A stretch of 64,000 nt of DNA from Histomonas meleagridis 2922-C6/04-290x (lineage: Eukaryota > Protista > Parabasalia): the NCBI GenBank assembly GCA_020184695.1, contig JAANOX010000275.1, positions 195,173-259,172 of the forward strand, read 5' to 3'. Below are positions 12,880-25,791 of the stretch, piece by piece. How positions within the stretch are numbered: the stretch's first letter is position 1; each line of letters opens with the position of its first letter. Made by a program: the position numbers and the translations under genes. Below the pieces are notes generated by a model, which saw only the letters and a list, made by a program, of their open reading frames with translations, searched no databases and had not been told where the DNA came from.

Positions 12880-14177
12880 TAGGGTGTTCCACCCCTACCG
12901 TAGTATCTCTTCATATATAATAGATACAATAATATTTTTTATATAAATAAAAACACTAAATTTAATGGGTTTCGTTTTTTATTTAAAAATAATTTTTGTC
13001 AAGTCTATCATTAACTAATAATCCAATTTTTTTTTATTGAATGCAAAAAAATGACGTTTAAAATTTTTATTCCTCTATTATGGAGCTTGATCAAAAATTA
13101 ATCACAATATATGTCGCGATGAAGGGAATGTCAGCAAAAGCGATTCATACCGAAATGGAGATCATATTGGGCGAAGAATGTATTTCATATTCAACAGTAT
13201 GTAAATACCTCAGACAAAGAAGTTTTGATCAAACAATGTCACCTAACATTAGTGAACCGATTACCCCTATTGACGAAAATGTTGATTTAAAAATTTTGAA
13301 AATTTTAGATAAATTTCCATATGCTTCAATAAGATAAATAGCTAAGTTAACAGAGATACCAAACACTACTGTATATAGGCATCTTACTGAAAAGCTTGGC
13401 TATGAAAATAAACTTTTAAAGTGGGTTCCACATTTACTGACGGAAGATATTAAAAAACAAAGAGTCACTAAATCAATTCAACTTTTAAAGACATTAGAGA
13501 TTGCAAGACATAACAGTAATAAATATTTTATAACAGGTGACGAGTCCTGGTTTTATTATGATCATTATTATGTTCGACAATGGATACCACGAGGAACACC
13601 ACGAGGTACAATAAACAAAAGGACTATTACGCAAAAAAAAGTAATGTTGACGGTTTTTTGGAATCCCCACGGATTTAAAGTTATTGACTTTCTTTCAAAG
13701 GGAGAAACATTTAATTCACAATATTATGTAAAATATATTTAATCAAAACTTTCCAAAAAAAATGGTACAAATCCTAAAAATTACACAAGAAAAATTACTG
13801 TACATGCCGACAATGCAAAACCGCATACGTCGAGATTCACAACTTTATATATGGACTCCAACAAGCTCAAAAGGGCACCTCATCCCCCTACTCCCCAGAT
13901 ATAGCTCCTTCAGACTTTTTCCTATCTGGATATGTAAAATAAAAAATGAAGGGATTTCAATACAAGAGTAGAGAAGAGGTTGAAGAAAAAGTGACTTCAA
14001 TATGATTAAATATACCGAAAGAAACTTTGCAAAGCGTTTTTGACGAATGGGAAAAAAGACTTAAAAAAGTTATCGAAACAAATGAAGAGTATATTTAATA
14101 AACATTACATTTTTATCAATAAATTTAAAAAAACTTAAAAAATGAGTGAGATACTACAGTTGGGGTGGAACACTTTA
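12880..14177 (+). mobile_element. Full-length mariner (DD34D) element with defective transposase
   Basis: TIRs tagggtgttccacccctaccgtagtatctc / gagatactacagttggggtggaacacttta with TA on both sides. Transposase (about 13080-14097) has an HTH, ITGDESW, HADNAKPH and APSDFFL, with internal stops and frameshifts. Confidence 0.92.
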
Positions 14178-14368
14178 TACAATGGCCAAGATTATTAACG
14201 AGTTTTCAGAATGATTCCCCAGTACGATAAGCTTTTGAATAGATATAACTTGAATACAACAAAAAACACTAAAGGATAAAGAAAACAGGAATGTTGATAA
14301 TGATGAGCTAAATTGAACAATAAATGTCGATTATAACATCAAACAATACACTAATGAATAACATAATA

Positions 14369-15161
14369 TAAGGGGTGGAAAAAGTGCGTTCGTCAGCCTT
14401 TTTTGTAATGAATAAAAAAGTAAAAGAAATTTTGTTTATTTATTATGATATGTATTCACCTTGAGTTTCAATTGTAATTAAAAGTCTGTTCATCCATTCA
14501 TTATATACATCTCTTAAGGTGTCTTTAGGAATATTATACAGTAATGTTTCAATTTTTTGAAAAAGTTGATCTTCATTTTCAAACTCCTCACCTTCGAGCA
14601 TTTTTTTTATATATCCGAACAGAAAAAAGTCAGAAGGTGCGAGGTCTGGCGAAAACGTGGGTTGCGGAAGTCTTTTAATCCCCAATTCATTCAATTTTTC
14701 ATGAACCAAATGAGGCCGGGCGTTATCCATATGCAAAAAATATCCCTTCGTTGAAATTCTTTTCGCCAAATCTCCAAATACACTATCAGAAAAAAAATTC
14801 GATTAAATTTTTGGCCTATCGAGAGCATTGTTATTGATTTGATACCAGTTATAGACCATATAACAGATATCATTACTTTTTTGGAGGCAATAGTTTGTTT
14901 GGGTTTGTATGGTTTTTGCACTCCAGATTCAATCCACATCGAGTTTCTCCCGGTTTGTTGTATTAAAATGATTAAACGTTCTCTTTCAGAGGTATCCTGA
15001 AAAAAAGTAGTTTTACTTCATGCATCATATTTACTTGAAAAAAAGTATTATAATAATAATGTTAATATATTTATTATAAATTTTATTTATATAATTTGAT
15101 TTCATTAATATCTAATATGAATCGAAGAAAAAGCTGACGAACGGACTTTTTCCACCCCCTA
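14369..15161 (-). mobile_element. Internally deleted mariner element
   Basis: TIRs taaggggtggaaaaagtgcgttcgtcagc / gctgacgaacggactttttccacccccta with TA flanks. HMDNARPH and FSPDLAPSDFFLFG motifs are present; the N-terminal HTH region is missing. Confidence 0.9.
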
Positions 15162-15162
15162 T

Positions 15163-15315
15163 ACAATACATTAATGAATAACAATATAAAAAACAGTATA
15201 CATTACATTATACAGTATATCATACAATACATTATACATTACATTAATGAATAACAATATAAATAACATTATACATTACAATATGAATTACATTAATGAA
15301 TAACATAAATACATG
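15163..15315. repeat. Degenerate tandem repeat (tacattaatgaataac / cattacatt); also present at about 14345-14366
   Basis: The same unit flanks both sides of the 14369-15161 mariner. Confidence 0.6.
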
Positions 15316-16199
15316 TAAAATACGCTCTCAGCGATTCTATTATCGACCTTTGACTTTTTTACGAATTTCTCTATGTGATTCCTGTTGGTTTATGGTTTAA
15401 ATTATAGCATTAAAATTGGAATGTATTAAATATAACTTGATTATTTCGTATATAGTTAATATCAGAAGAATCTTGTTGGTAATATTGATGATAATTGGTT
15501 TGTTGAGGTGGCTAATATACTGATGATGAATCATATTTAAAATTCATAAAGAATGAGCAGATAGACAATGGATTCTTTCAACGTATTTTACAACAGCGCA
15601 AATACTTATAAGCATTCAAACTTTTGTGAACTGGCTTCACAATAAAATTTTATTGTGTTAAGTTTTTCAGATATAACCCATGATATTACTGTTAGAATAC
15701 TATGTTGTACGGTAGCGGGGACGATACCATTCAAATTACGATATAAACCATTAAAAACGAAAAATATAAATTTTGCGAAACATGGTTTTTTACTGCTACG
15801 CCTCGATCCCCTTTGTTGTAATTGTTATAAGATATCCGTTATAAAACTATATTTACTTTACAAATGGTGTTACAAATTTGGATAAAAAAATATCAACCGA
15901 ATTTAAGGGTACTAACCCCTTTAGCACTTTTTCGAAAATTTACATAAAAAAATTAAAATATATTTTGATAGACTAAAAATAAGAAATAATGTTTGATAAA
16001 TATATAAAATATATGCAATTTAATTATTACAAATAACTTTTAAGCTTAAGAATCTAAGCAGGTGAAATGTTATGCGCACTTTTTCAAATTTTGTTTTTTT
16101 TCATTTTTTTTCATTAAATTTTATATATTTTTCAAATTTTTTATGTGTACTCAATTATACCTTTTGGGAAGTATTATTTGTTAATTTAACCCCAGTTCG

Positions 16200-17529
16200 T
16201 GTTTAATCTTATTTGTGATAAATTGTATTTTATCAAATTTATATTTCAGATCTCAGTAAACTCGAATGAATTTCGAACCTTTTCCTCATCAAAAATTATT
16301 CTCCTTATATCTTCATTAAGGCCAGTAGATATGCCAGCTTTTTCAAGACTAGGACGAACGTTAATACTGGTCGTAACTTGCCCATATGCTCTAAAAACCT
16401 TTTCAGCTAATGCTGCAACATCATTCAAGGTTCGTTTTGATGTGATAACTTTTTTAACATTTCTAAGTGCACCAAATATCACCAAATCAAGCATTTGAAA
16501 AATATCAGTGGTATGCGGAGGAAATGTGATAACAATAACTCGATTTTCGGCAAGAATTTTCAAAATTTCAGGATCCCAATGTGGAGAATGATTGTTTATG
16601 AATAAAACAGCAAACTCATCTGAAAACCCCTCAATACTTTGCTGATTATTAACATATAGAATAAATATATTTGTAATATAATCATAAAATATTTCTTTTT
16701 TCAAGTATGGAGGATTTGATATTGAAATTTTCAGGTCAATTCCATTTCTTATACCTGTACGACAGATATCATAAACTCTTAGGCTAGAAGCTATTGTCAT
16801 TGGAGAAAAATATATATTTCGAATATATATAAAAGTTATGGCATCACCTGCTGCGCTGATACAAGAAATTAATGTTTGATGCCTAATTGAACGTTTTACA
16901 GGTACCATAACATATGCTTAACACATATTTTTTGGTGCTATAACCGATTTTATCTTTTTATCTTCCAATTCGCTTGTACCCATTTCATCTATGTTAAAAA
17001 CCTATTCGGCTGCTTTCCCAACAACATATTTCTTTATATTTTCAATGTGCTTATCTAGAAATTCTCTAGGCACATTCACTCTTGTGTTCTCTTGAGGAAT
17101 AGCTTTGGTGAATCCAATTTGATCTTTGTAATTCTCAAAGAATCCAGCAAGCCATCCTTTTGTAACTTCTTCGCCGAATTTTGTCTTTATGTACAGCAAT
17201 AATTCTTGTTTCGTTAGGAATTCGTTTTTTTCTGCCATTTCAATTATATATCCAATTATTTGATTTTCTTCTTCATCATTAATAATTCTGGGGCGCCTTA
17301 ATTCATCTTTTGCATTTTTTTTAATATTTGCTATAACCCCATTACTTACATCGAATATTTTTTCAAGTTTTTTGTTGTTAAGCAAAATATGACACACATT
17401 TTCACAATATTCACGGAGAAAAAGTACTTGGTCATTTCGAAATTGTAATGATTGAAATTCCGGATTTCTTAATAATGCCCTTATATCTACATCGCTTAAA
17501 ATTCGGTTAGTATTCAAATCTGTATACAA
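16200..17529 (-). mobile_element. pogo/Fot1-like (HTH-CENPB + DDE_1) transposase, disrupted
   Basis: RPRII...LTKQEL...VTKGWLAGF CENPB-type HTH. INNHSPH and FPPHTTDIFQMLDLVIFG match DDE_1. Confidence 0.8.
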
Positions 17530-17899
17530 AGAGTGTAATGTTAAAAATCATTACCGTAAAAAAAACAAATATTTAATAGGCCACAAAGTGGACGTTTTTA
17601 AACATTTATCGTTAAATATATATACTATTAACACATGTAATGTGTAATGTAAGTAATGTAAAAATAAATTGCTATAGAAGTGAAAGTTATGAAGGAGTAG
17701 TGATAAATTACTAACATTACAACAATACATCATTATCAATGAAGAAGATTTCTTAAATCAAATCGATCATATTCTTATTAGATCGTCATAAAAAAAACTT
17801 AATTCCAATATTATATGCAAAGAAAAACTAATAATAATAAAAATTTTTTATTTATAGCATAAATTTGTCATTTTTCAATAAATAACGAACGTTAATTAA

Positions 17900-20800
17900 T
17901 CAACATGGATAAAAAGCTATTTGTCCAACTTCATTTAATGCTACGACAGAACCAATTTTTTCTATGTATTGTATATCCACCACTTTCCCATTAGATCCCA
18001 ATAAAAGACTTTTGTCATCCATTGATAAATCAGTTAAGAAACAGCATTCATCAGAATCGACCAACAATAAAAATTGCTTTTTACCTTTTAAAATTTTTTT
18101 CCACATTTTAATTTTTTTAAATATTTTAAATGTTTTATAAATTTCTCCATTTAAATTATGTAAATTAATTTCCAAATTTACTTCGACAATTACTAAAGGT
18201 TTTTTATCAGCAATTAAAATCTTTTTAATTTGATCTTTATCATAATTATATTTGCCAATTATTAACCCATTTGAAGCCGAAATTATTTTAAGTTTACCAT
18301 TTTGAGTATAATAAGAAATAATACCTAACGAAGCATTAAAATCGAAATCGACAATTGGACTATTTTCAGTATAAATAATTTTTTGATAATAAGGGAAAGT
18401 ATCAAATTTACAAATATTTATAATATGTGAATCGATAATATAAGAAATAAATTCTTTATCGATTTTAAAATGTGTAATTAAGAAATTATAAAGACCAAAT
18501 GTGAATAGTTTTGATGAAACAATTCGATAAATTGTATTATTATAAGAATTATATGAAATTATTCCAATTTCATTCGTTGAAAGTTTTAATGTTTTAGTAT
18601 TATGAATAAGAATTGTTTCTTTATCAATGATTTTTAATTGGTTCCAATCAATATGAATTATTCGAATATGATTTGGAGTTAAATAATATATCGAATTATT
18701 TAATCCAAAAAATCCTCCTCGAATATGTTTATGAGTTGAAATCAAAGAGAAAATAGAATTTGCATATTTATTATTATGCATATTATTATCAGAGAAAATT
18801 GGATCTTTAGTATCAATACCGAAATTAATTTCAATTAATTTATGAAGTTGAAACAAAATATTTTGATCTTCAATATCAAATATTTCATTTTTATTATCAT
18901 TATTATTAAAAAATTGTGGTGGAATCATTTTTAATTTTTTAAATGGTTTAATATCAAATTTTTTATTAGTAAACATCTGCTTAATTTGTTGTGAATATAA
19001 TTTATTATCATATATTATTATATTTATATCATTCGGTTTAATATAAGGGAAATATATATAATTATTATAATCATTAAATGATTTACCTTTAAGTATATTT
19101 AATGATAATATATAATCGAAATTTGATATTTCGGAATTATTCCATCGATTAGTTTCATTTTTTATTAATATATCTAAATCTTTAAGAATTAATAAATTAT
19201 TTTTTATTGCAAAATTTTCAAATTCGATTTTATCTTTAATTGAATTTATTTGTAATAAAACAGAAAAACATCCAAATAAATATATTTCAATGTTTAAATT
19301 ATTAATTATAATAAAATTAATTAATTTATATTCAATTATAAATGTTTTATAAGTCTTAAAATTAATAATCATTTTCGTAGATAATAATTCAAGTTCACAA
19401 TTTTCTTTTTTATCTTTTTTAAGTAAATTACATTTCATTTTAGTTATAAGTTTAGTTTTAGGCATTAAAAACTCATTTATATTAATCCAATCTTTAAATT
19501 TATTACTATTATATAAATGATTTATAGTTGTTTTAAGTGAACAATTTAAATATTTTTCAAAATGTTTTTCTTTTTTACTATCAAAATTAATTTTTTGTTT
19601 ACCAAATTCGATTAATGTATCAAAAGTTTTAATTTCTTTTGATATATAATAATTATTAATTTCAAATTTATTAATATTTGTTTTAAATATTTCTTTTATG
19701 TTTATTAATAATTTATTTAAAACTTTATTTACTTTTATGATATGATTAGTTTCGAAATTAGAAAAAATATTTAATGAAATTTGTGAGCTTATTTTATGAT
19801 CTCTTATATCAAGTCGAATAAAATTATATATTTGTGAATAAAATGTTGACTTTAATGGTTGTAAACTTTTTAAGAATTTATAAAAATCTTTTTTCAAATT
19901 TTTAGATTTATAAGGAATACATATTAAATTATAATCATTACAATTATTAAAAAATGAAATGAAATTATTTATATCAAATTCTTGTTTATGTTTTTTATGA
20001 TATTCGATTTTTATACCAAATAAATTTTCATTTTTATTTATTAATTCAAGAAGTTTTGAAGAAAAATTTTGATTTGAAAATCGATAATAAATAATTATTA
20101 AAGAATATAAAATTATTTGATAATTATTTGAATCTTTACTAAAGAATTTTAATATTAAATTATTATAATATTTATTTCTAATTATTTCAACATTAAACAT
20201 TTTTAATGATAATAATATTTGAAATAATAATAAAATATTTTCAAAATCTTTTGAATTGTTTGTTAAGAAATTAAAAATTTTATCATTTATTTCATTGTTT
20301 GGATGAGTTAATGAAAATATTATAGGCCAAAAATACCATAAATCAGTATAATCATTATTATTATCCATTAATTCAATAATTTTTTGAGTTTCTATAATAT
20401 CAATTGGTATAAATAATGATTTAATACATAATAAATCAAGTGAAGGATTTAATATTTTAATATTTGTTTTATATTTTCCAAAATAATATTTCACAAGATT
20501 AAAAATTCGTTTTTTAATTATCAATGAATTATTTGGAATTTGATATAAATCATTAATTGCATTAAAAATTTCTTCATTTTCTTTATCTTCAAATAATAAA
20601 TTTAATGAATCTAAAGAATTAAAATTAATAAATTCTGGATTTCGTTTAATTATTAATGAAAGAAAATTCAAATAATTTAATACTTGATAAGTTTTATTCG
20701 AAATTGTTAAAGTTAATGATATTATTATACTTATAGTTATTTCAGATTTAATATAAATTGTTAATTCATTTAATATCGAATAAATTATTGATTGAAATTC

Positions 20801-23800
20801 ATTAATGTTTTTATTCGTGGAATAATTTATAGCTAAAAAGAATTGTATAAATATTCGAATAAATGTATTTTCATTTAATTGTTTTAATTTTCTAGAAATT
20901 ATACATTGCCAATCATTAAATATTTTCTTAAGAGTAATTTTATCCGATTTCATCCAAAAGAATAAATTAAATATAAAATTATCAAATATTTCTTGAGATA
21001 ATTCGAAATTATTTAAAACATTTTCAAATAAATTATTAAAAGTTAAATATAATCGATAATCGATGAAATCATTTTTTATATTCATTAAAATAATATTAAA
21101 TAATTTTGATATATCTGTTACTTTGATTTTAAAATCAATGTTTAATATATTATCATTTATATCAATTCCAAGTAATTGTTTACTATATTCATTAAATATA
21201 TTTGTCGAAAATTCTTTTTGTAAAACGTCATTATAATTAATACAATTCGACATAACTATTAATATTTGACTTAAATAATATGATGAATTATTATTTTTAA
21301 TTTCTTTAAAATATTTCATAAAATCATTAATTGTACTATATGATAATAATGATTCTTGAATATTATAAAATTTTCGTTTATTTTTATCATTAATATTTAT
21401 AATATTAGAATCATTTTTAAATATTATTTGTGGTAAATTACCAAAATTTTCTAATTCTAATTCATCAAATACTTTTTCATCACGTATAGATCCTTCAATA
21501 AAACAAAAGTTTCCCATTAAAACAGGTGGAATTATATCAATTGGTATAATATTATTACAAAATCCAAATTCCATAATTGGATCTGTTAAAAAATTCATTT
21601 GAAGAAAATCACAACCAACTGAAATATTTTCACCATTTTTACAATAAACATAATAAATTCCATTTTGATCGATATCATAAGCAAATGTAAATAAAAACCA
21701 TTGATTTGATGGCAAATTTTTTTCGATAACTGCTAATGTACTTAAACCATTTGTTTTATATTTAGCACAAATATTATTATTATCTAAATATAAAATAAAA
21801 ATATTTTTTTTCTCTTTATCAGTAATTTGCATAAAGATAAAATTATTATTTGATGTTTGTGTATAAGGCACATCAATTTTAACATAAAAAGAAAATAAAA
21901 ATGGATTTATAACATATTTCTTATCAATTGATTTTATGAATAATTGTGGAGTTTCATTACATATTGGATAAATTGTAGAATTTCTTAATGACATAAAAAT
22001 AGGCGTTAATAAATTTATAGCTTTTTCTGCATGTTGATATAATTTTCCTTTATTTGGAGTAATTAATTTAAGAAATGCTTGATCAACATTATAACTTGAA
22101 ATCAAAGAAATAATTTTGATAATTAATTTTAATATACAATCAACAATAGTTTCATCATTTAAATCGAATTGAATTTTCCTTCTTTTATATTTAAATGATC
22201 CCATTAAAGATTTAATTAATAAATAATCAACATCACCTTTATGACAAGAATTAATATTCTCGATTGAATAATTACATAATGCATCAATCATTTCAATTAC
22301 ATCTTTAAAATTAGATGATTTTGAAAATGCAACTAAAATTATATTAATAAAACCTGGGTTTCTAATTAAAAATACATTTTCTAATGAAATGTTTGTAGAT
22401 TTATTTAATAAATTCCTTAAAAGAATTAATGTTGATTTTGATGGATTATTACCTTCGACTTTATATATTAAATCTAAAATTAAATTAAAACGTAATGATG
22501 TTATATCTAATTGTTGATTTTCATATGACATAAATGAAATAATTGTTAATATTGTTTCAAGCATTTCTTGTGATGAAAATATTTGTAAATATTGAAGTGC
22601 TGAATCTAAAACTATTTCAAATGATGGACCAATTAAATTATTATGTAATATTGCGCGTAATATTGTTTGTGCTAATTTATTAGCTATGTTTTCTAAGTTA
22701 TTTTTATCTTTACAATGACTACATTCATTAAAAATTGATATTAATAATAATGATGTAGATTCAGGTAATGTCGTAACAGATGATAAACCTTTAAATAATA
22801 AATCAGCTATATATGATGTTAATCCAGGTACAAATAATAATGAAAGAAAACCAGATGTAAATGTTTTGGATTCAAAACAAATTTGCATCGAATTAGAATC
22901 TTCTAAAATATTAAATAATAATGAAAATATTACTGAACGTGCACTTTGAATATTAATATATTTAATAGGAAAATCATGTTGCATTATAGATAAAAATACT
23001 TCTGTTAATGATGATAATATTCGATTAGTAATATAAAATGTATTTTCTAATGGAAATTTATATAATGAACGCATTATTAATTCAGAAAATATTAATGGTT
23101 TATGTGATAATGTTGCAAATAATTCGATAAGTAAATTTTGATTATTGTTTTTGATTATTTCAAAGATATAATTTCGAAGTAAATTTACTTCAGGTGAAAT
23201 TCCAAACTTTGTAAATAAATTACATTCGGAATAAAATGTTAAATCATTGACTAAAAAACTAAATATCTTTTCAAATGAAGTTTTTTGTGATATTTGTTGA
23301 AGTATTAATATAATAATAAACATAAAGTCAATCGAATATTGAGATTCAAGAATATTGTTTTTAAGTTCTGAAATGGAAAAAATTATTTGTTGAGCACAAT
23401 CATTGGAAATAATTTGTAACATTGGTAAAAAAATTGGTAATGTTTCTTTGAAAAATGGATTACAAAGTGTATAAATATCAATTTTGGATTCAATGATTTC
23501 AGGATCTGGCATAACAAATACTTCTTGTGGAGGATCTCCATGATGAATATGTTCTCGTTCTTTAGGAAGTTTGGTTTGAAACATATCTGGATTTGTTATA
23601 ACATCTGTTGATTGAACTTTTTCAAAAATGAAGATAGGTAATGTTAAAAATATCTCACAAATAGAATTCGCATTACAACGTTCAGAACATTTACAAAGAA
23701 TTAACAATGAATCTAAATCAAGAAGTTTGATATATGGTGAAAGAATACATGAAAGTGTACCAAGCCAGGGACCGTTTAGCCATTGACGATCACTTTTGAA

Positions 23801-24451
23801 TAGATTTGATAGAAATTTAACGTTCTCGTTTTGAATTTGATCGTCTTTGAGTTCAAAAATCCGTTTAAAAAATGGTAAATATCCAAATGAAAATGATTTA
23901 TCAAGAGTTGTAGTTTTGAGAATATGCTCATTGATTGGATTGATCAATATTTTAAATATTGAATCTCGAGGGATTTTAGTAGCATATCGTACAAATTCCA
24001 AAAAAATATGATTTGCATGCATATTAAAATCAATACAAGAAGCTTCTAAAAGATGCACTAAAGCAATAAATGAGTCAGCTGTTTGAAACGTATCCTGAAG
24101 TATAAACCATCCAAGACATTGAATAAGCATATAATACGATTCAAAATTACTTAATTTTTGCCCTCGTTCTACTTTGGATTGAAAAATTTTTATAATGTCA
24201 TTAGAATATTTAAATGAAAAAGAAATTGATTGAAGGGCTTCATTAAGAGGTGTAAAATCAAGGAGCATCTCGTTTAGTTTTTCAATTTTTAGATTCGTAA
24301 GTTCGGGGACATCAAAGAAAAAATGTTCTATTCTAAATTCTTTAGCAGCAGGAAATTTATATCCTGGGATACTTCGAATTAGAAAAAGTTCGGTAATTGG
24401 AGTTACTTTATTTCTTGAAAACAGGTACTTTTTTAGCTCTTGTGCATCCAT
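17900..24451 (-). CDS. Beige/BEACH-domain + WD40 protein (2183 aa), degenerate BEACH
   Basis: Uninterrupted 6.5-kb ORF. RWNNSEISNFDYILSLNILKGKSFNDYNNYIYFPY matches the BEACH start, followed by IPPQFF and LHKLIEINFG. There is a central ConA-like segment and a C-terminal beta-propeller-like region. Confidence 0.85.
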   Translation of the reverse strand: MDAQELKKYLFSRNKVTPITELFLIRSIPGYKFPAAKEFRIEHFFFDVPELTNLKIEKLNEMLLDFTPLNEALQSISFSFKYSNDIIKIFQSKVERGQKLSNFESYYMLIQCLGWFILQDTFQTADSFIALVHLLEASCIDFNMHANHIFLEFVRYATKIPRDSIFKILINPINEHILKTTTLDKSFSFGYLPFFKRIFELKDDQIQNENVKFLSNLFKSDRQWLNGPWLGTLSCILSPYIKLLDLDSLLILCKCSERCNANSICEIFLTLPIFIFEKVQSTDVITNPDMFQTKLPKEREHIHHGDPPQEVFVMPDPEIIESKIDIYTLCNPFFKETLPIFLPMLQIISNDCAQQIIFSISELKNNILESQYSIDFMFIIILILQQISQKTSFEKIFSFLVNDLTFYSECNLFTKFGISPEVNLLRNYIFEIIKNNNQNLLIELFATLSHKPLIFSELIMRSLYKFPLENTFYITNRILSSLTEVFLSIMQHDFPIKYINIQSARSVIFSLLFNILEDSNSMQICFESKTFTSGFLSLLFVPGLTSYIADLLFKGLSSVTTLPESTSLLLISIFNECSHCKDKNNLENIANKLAQTILRAILHNNLIGPSFEIVLDSALQYLQIFSSQEMLETILTIISFMSYENQQLDITSLRFNLILDLIYKVEGNNPSKSTLILLRNLLNKSTNISLENVFLIRNPGFINIILVAFSKSSNFKDVIEMIDALCNYSIENINSCHKGDVDYLLIKSLMGSFKYKRRKIQFDLNDETIVDCILKLIIKIISLISSYNVDQAFLKLITPNKGKLYQHAEKAINLLTPIFMSLRNSTIYPICNETPQLFIKSIDKKYVINPFLFSFYVKIDVPYTQTSNNNFIFMQITDKEKKNIFILYLDNNNICAKYKTNGLSTLAVIEKNLPSNQWFLFTFAYDIDQNGIYYVYCKNGENISVGCDFLQMNFLTDPIMEFGFCNNIIPIDIIPPVLMGNFCFIEGSIRDEKVFDELELENFGNLPQIIFKNDSNIININDKNKRKFYNIQESLLSYSTINDFMKYFKEIKNNNSSYYLSQILIVMSNCINYNDVLQKEFSTNIFNEYSKQLLGIDINDNILNIDFKIKVTDISKLFNIILMNIKNDFIDYRLYLTFNNLFENVLNNFELSQEIFDNFIFNLFFWMKSDKITLKKIFNDWQCIISRKLKQLNENTFIRIFIQFFLAINYSTNKNINEFQSIIYSILNELTIYIKSEITISIIISLTLTISNKTYQVLNYLNFLSLIIKRNPEFINFNSLDSLNLLFEDKENEEIFNAINDLYQIPNNSLIIKKRIFNLVKYYFGKYKTNIKILNPSLDLLCIKSLFIPIDIIETQKIIELMDNNNDYTDLWYFWPIIFSLTHPNNEINDKIFNFLTNNSKDFENILLLFQILLSLKMFNVEIIRNKYYNNLILKFFSKDSNNYQIILYSLIIIYYRFSNQNFSSKLLELINKNENLFGIKIEYHKKHKQEFDINNFISFFNNCNDYNLICIPYKSKNLKKDFYKFLKSLQPLKSTFYSQIYNFIRLDIRDHKISSQISLNIFSNFETNHIIKVNKVLNKLLINIKEIFKTNINKFEINNYYISKEIKTFDTLIEFGKQKINFDSKKEKHFEKYLNCSLKTTINHLYNSNKFKDWININEFLMPKTKLITKMKCNLLKKDKKENCELELLSTKMIINFKTYKTFIIEYKLINFIIINNLNIEIYLFGCFSVLLQINSIKDKIEFENFAIKNNLLILKDLDILIKNETNRWNNSEISNFDYILSLNILKGKSFNDYNNYIYFPYIKPNDINIIIYDNKLYSQQIKQMFTNKKFDIKPFKKLKMIPPQFFNNNDNKNEIFDIEDQNILFQLHKLIEINFGIDTKDPIFSDNNMHNNKYANSIFSLISTHKHIRGGFFGLNNSIYYLTPNHIRIIHIDWNQLKIIDKETILIHNTKTLKLSTNEIGIISYNSYNNTIYRIVSSKLFTFGLYNFLITHFKIDKEFISYIIDSHIINICKFDTFPYYQKIIYTENSPIVDFDFNASLGIISYYTQNGKLKIISASNGLIIGKYNYDKDQIKKILIADKKPLVIVEVNLEINLHNLNGEIYKTFKIFKKIKMWKKILKGKKQFLLLVDSDECCFLTDLSMDDKSLLLGSNGKVVDIQYIEKIGSVVALNEVGQIAFYPC

Positions 24452-24699
24452 TTAATGTTAGCAAACTTAGAAATTAAAAAAGACCCTGATTTTTAATAAT
24501 TAAAAATAATATATTTTTATTGAAATAAATTGACAAAATTAATTCCATTGAAACAAAACGGTTTCAAAATTTTTTTTTAAAAATAATTTAAGTGTAAATC
24601 TGCTAACAGAAAAACTGGGCAACATTAGAAAATGGGGTTAACGCAAACAGGCTATGTCAATGATTTATTTCTTTAAGTTCACAATTCCGATTTTACAAT

Positions 24700-25791
24700 A
24701 AAATTATAAAGTTCGATCAAAAAGGTTGTTCCACCAATTTGAAAGGGTACCGTTCATTATATCAATCATGGAATACAAGATGCCAGAATCTATGATAAAG
24801 AATCGTTTGGAAATCATTCAGCTAATATCTCAAATAAAAAACAATACTCAAATTTTCAGGGAAACTGGGCATTGTCGAAAATTTGTGATATAAGTTAGAA
24901 ATGATTTAAACAAATTTTCACAATAAAACTGTATTTACGAAAACTACTCCAATTCGAAGACCATCTATTGTAAATGATGCCACTATCGATAGAGTCAACA
25001 GCATGACGCTAAATAATAGAAGAATGGGAACAAGAACAATTTTCAATATCCTTTCAGAAACAAGTCCTATTAGTTATTAGACTGTTTACAACATTCGGAA
25101 GAGCCAAGGATTCAGCTATCTTCCACCCCGCAATACCTTTTTTCTAACTGATTCTCAAAAGCAAGATCGAATAAATTTTGCTCAATTTCATATCCAAAAT
25201 GGAACTGATTGGAAAAAGGTGTTGTTTGTCGATGAATCTTATTTTTATCTAAGCGATAGCCTTAGGTGGCTTTGGAGAGAGCGAGGGGAAGTCTGTGATG
25301 ATATTTTTAATCATCATAGAAAGTTCACCCCCAAAGTTATAATGTTTGATGGAATCAACTATGAGTACAAAACACCATTAATTGCTATCCAGAGTAGTGT
25401 CAACTCTGTTGTATACATTAATGATTGCATAATCAATACAGGTATGATTGAAGGTATGAACAAGCTATATGGAGAAAATGAATAATTTCTTATTCAGGAT
25501 GGAGCCACTTCACATACCAGCAAAAAAACAACTGAGTTTTCAAAGAATAAGTGCAAAGTCATCGAAAACTGGCCAGCGAACTCACCTGACTTTAACGTTA
25601 TCGAGAATATGTGGTCTATCTTGAAGAACAAGGTAGAAGCACTATCACCTGAATCTGTAGATCAATTAAGCGAAATTGCATTTTTTTCTTGGAATGAAAT
25701 TGATGGTAACACCATTAAGAACTTGGTGGATTCGATGACAAATAGGATTCAGGAAGTTATAAATCACCAAGGAGGGCCTAATGGTTACTGA
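24700..25791 (+). mobile_element. Tc1-like (DD34E) transposase, disrupted
   Basis: VLFVDESYF, QDGATSH and WPANSPDFNVIENMW. TIRs were not confidently located. Confidence 0.85.
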
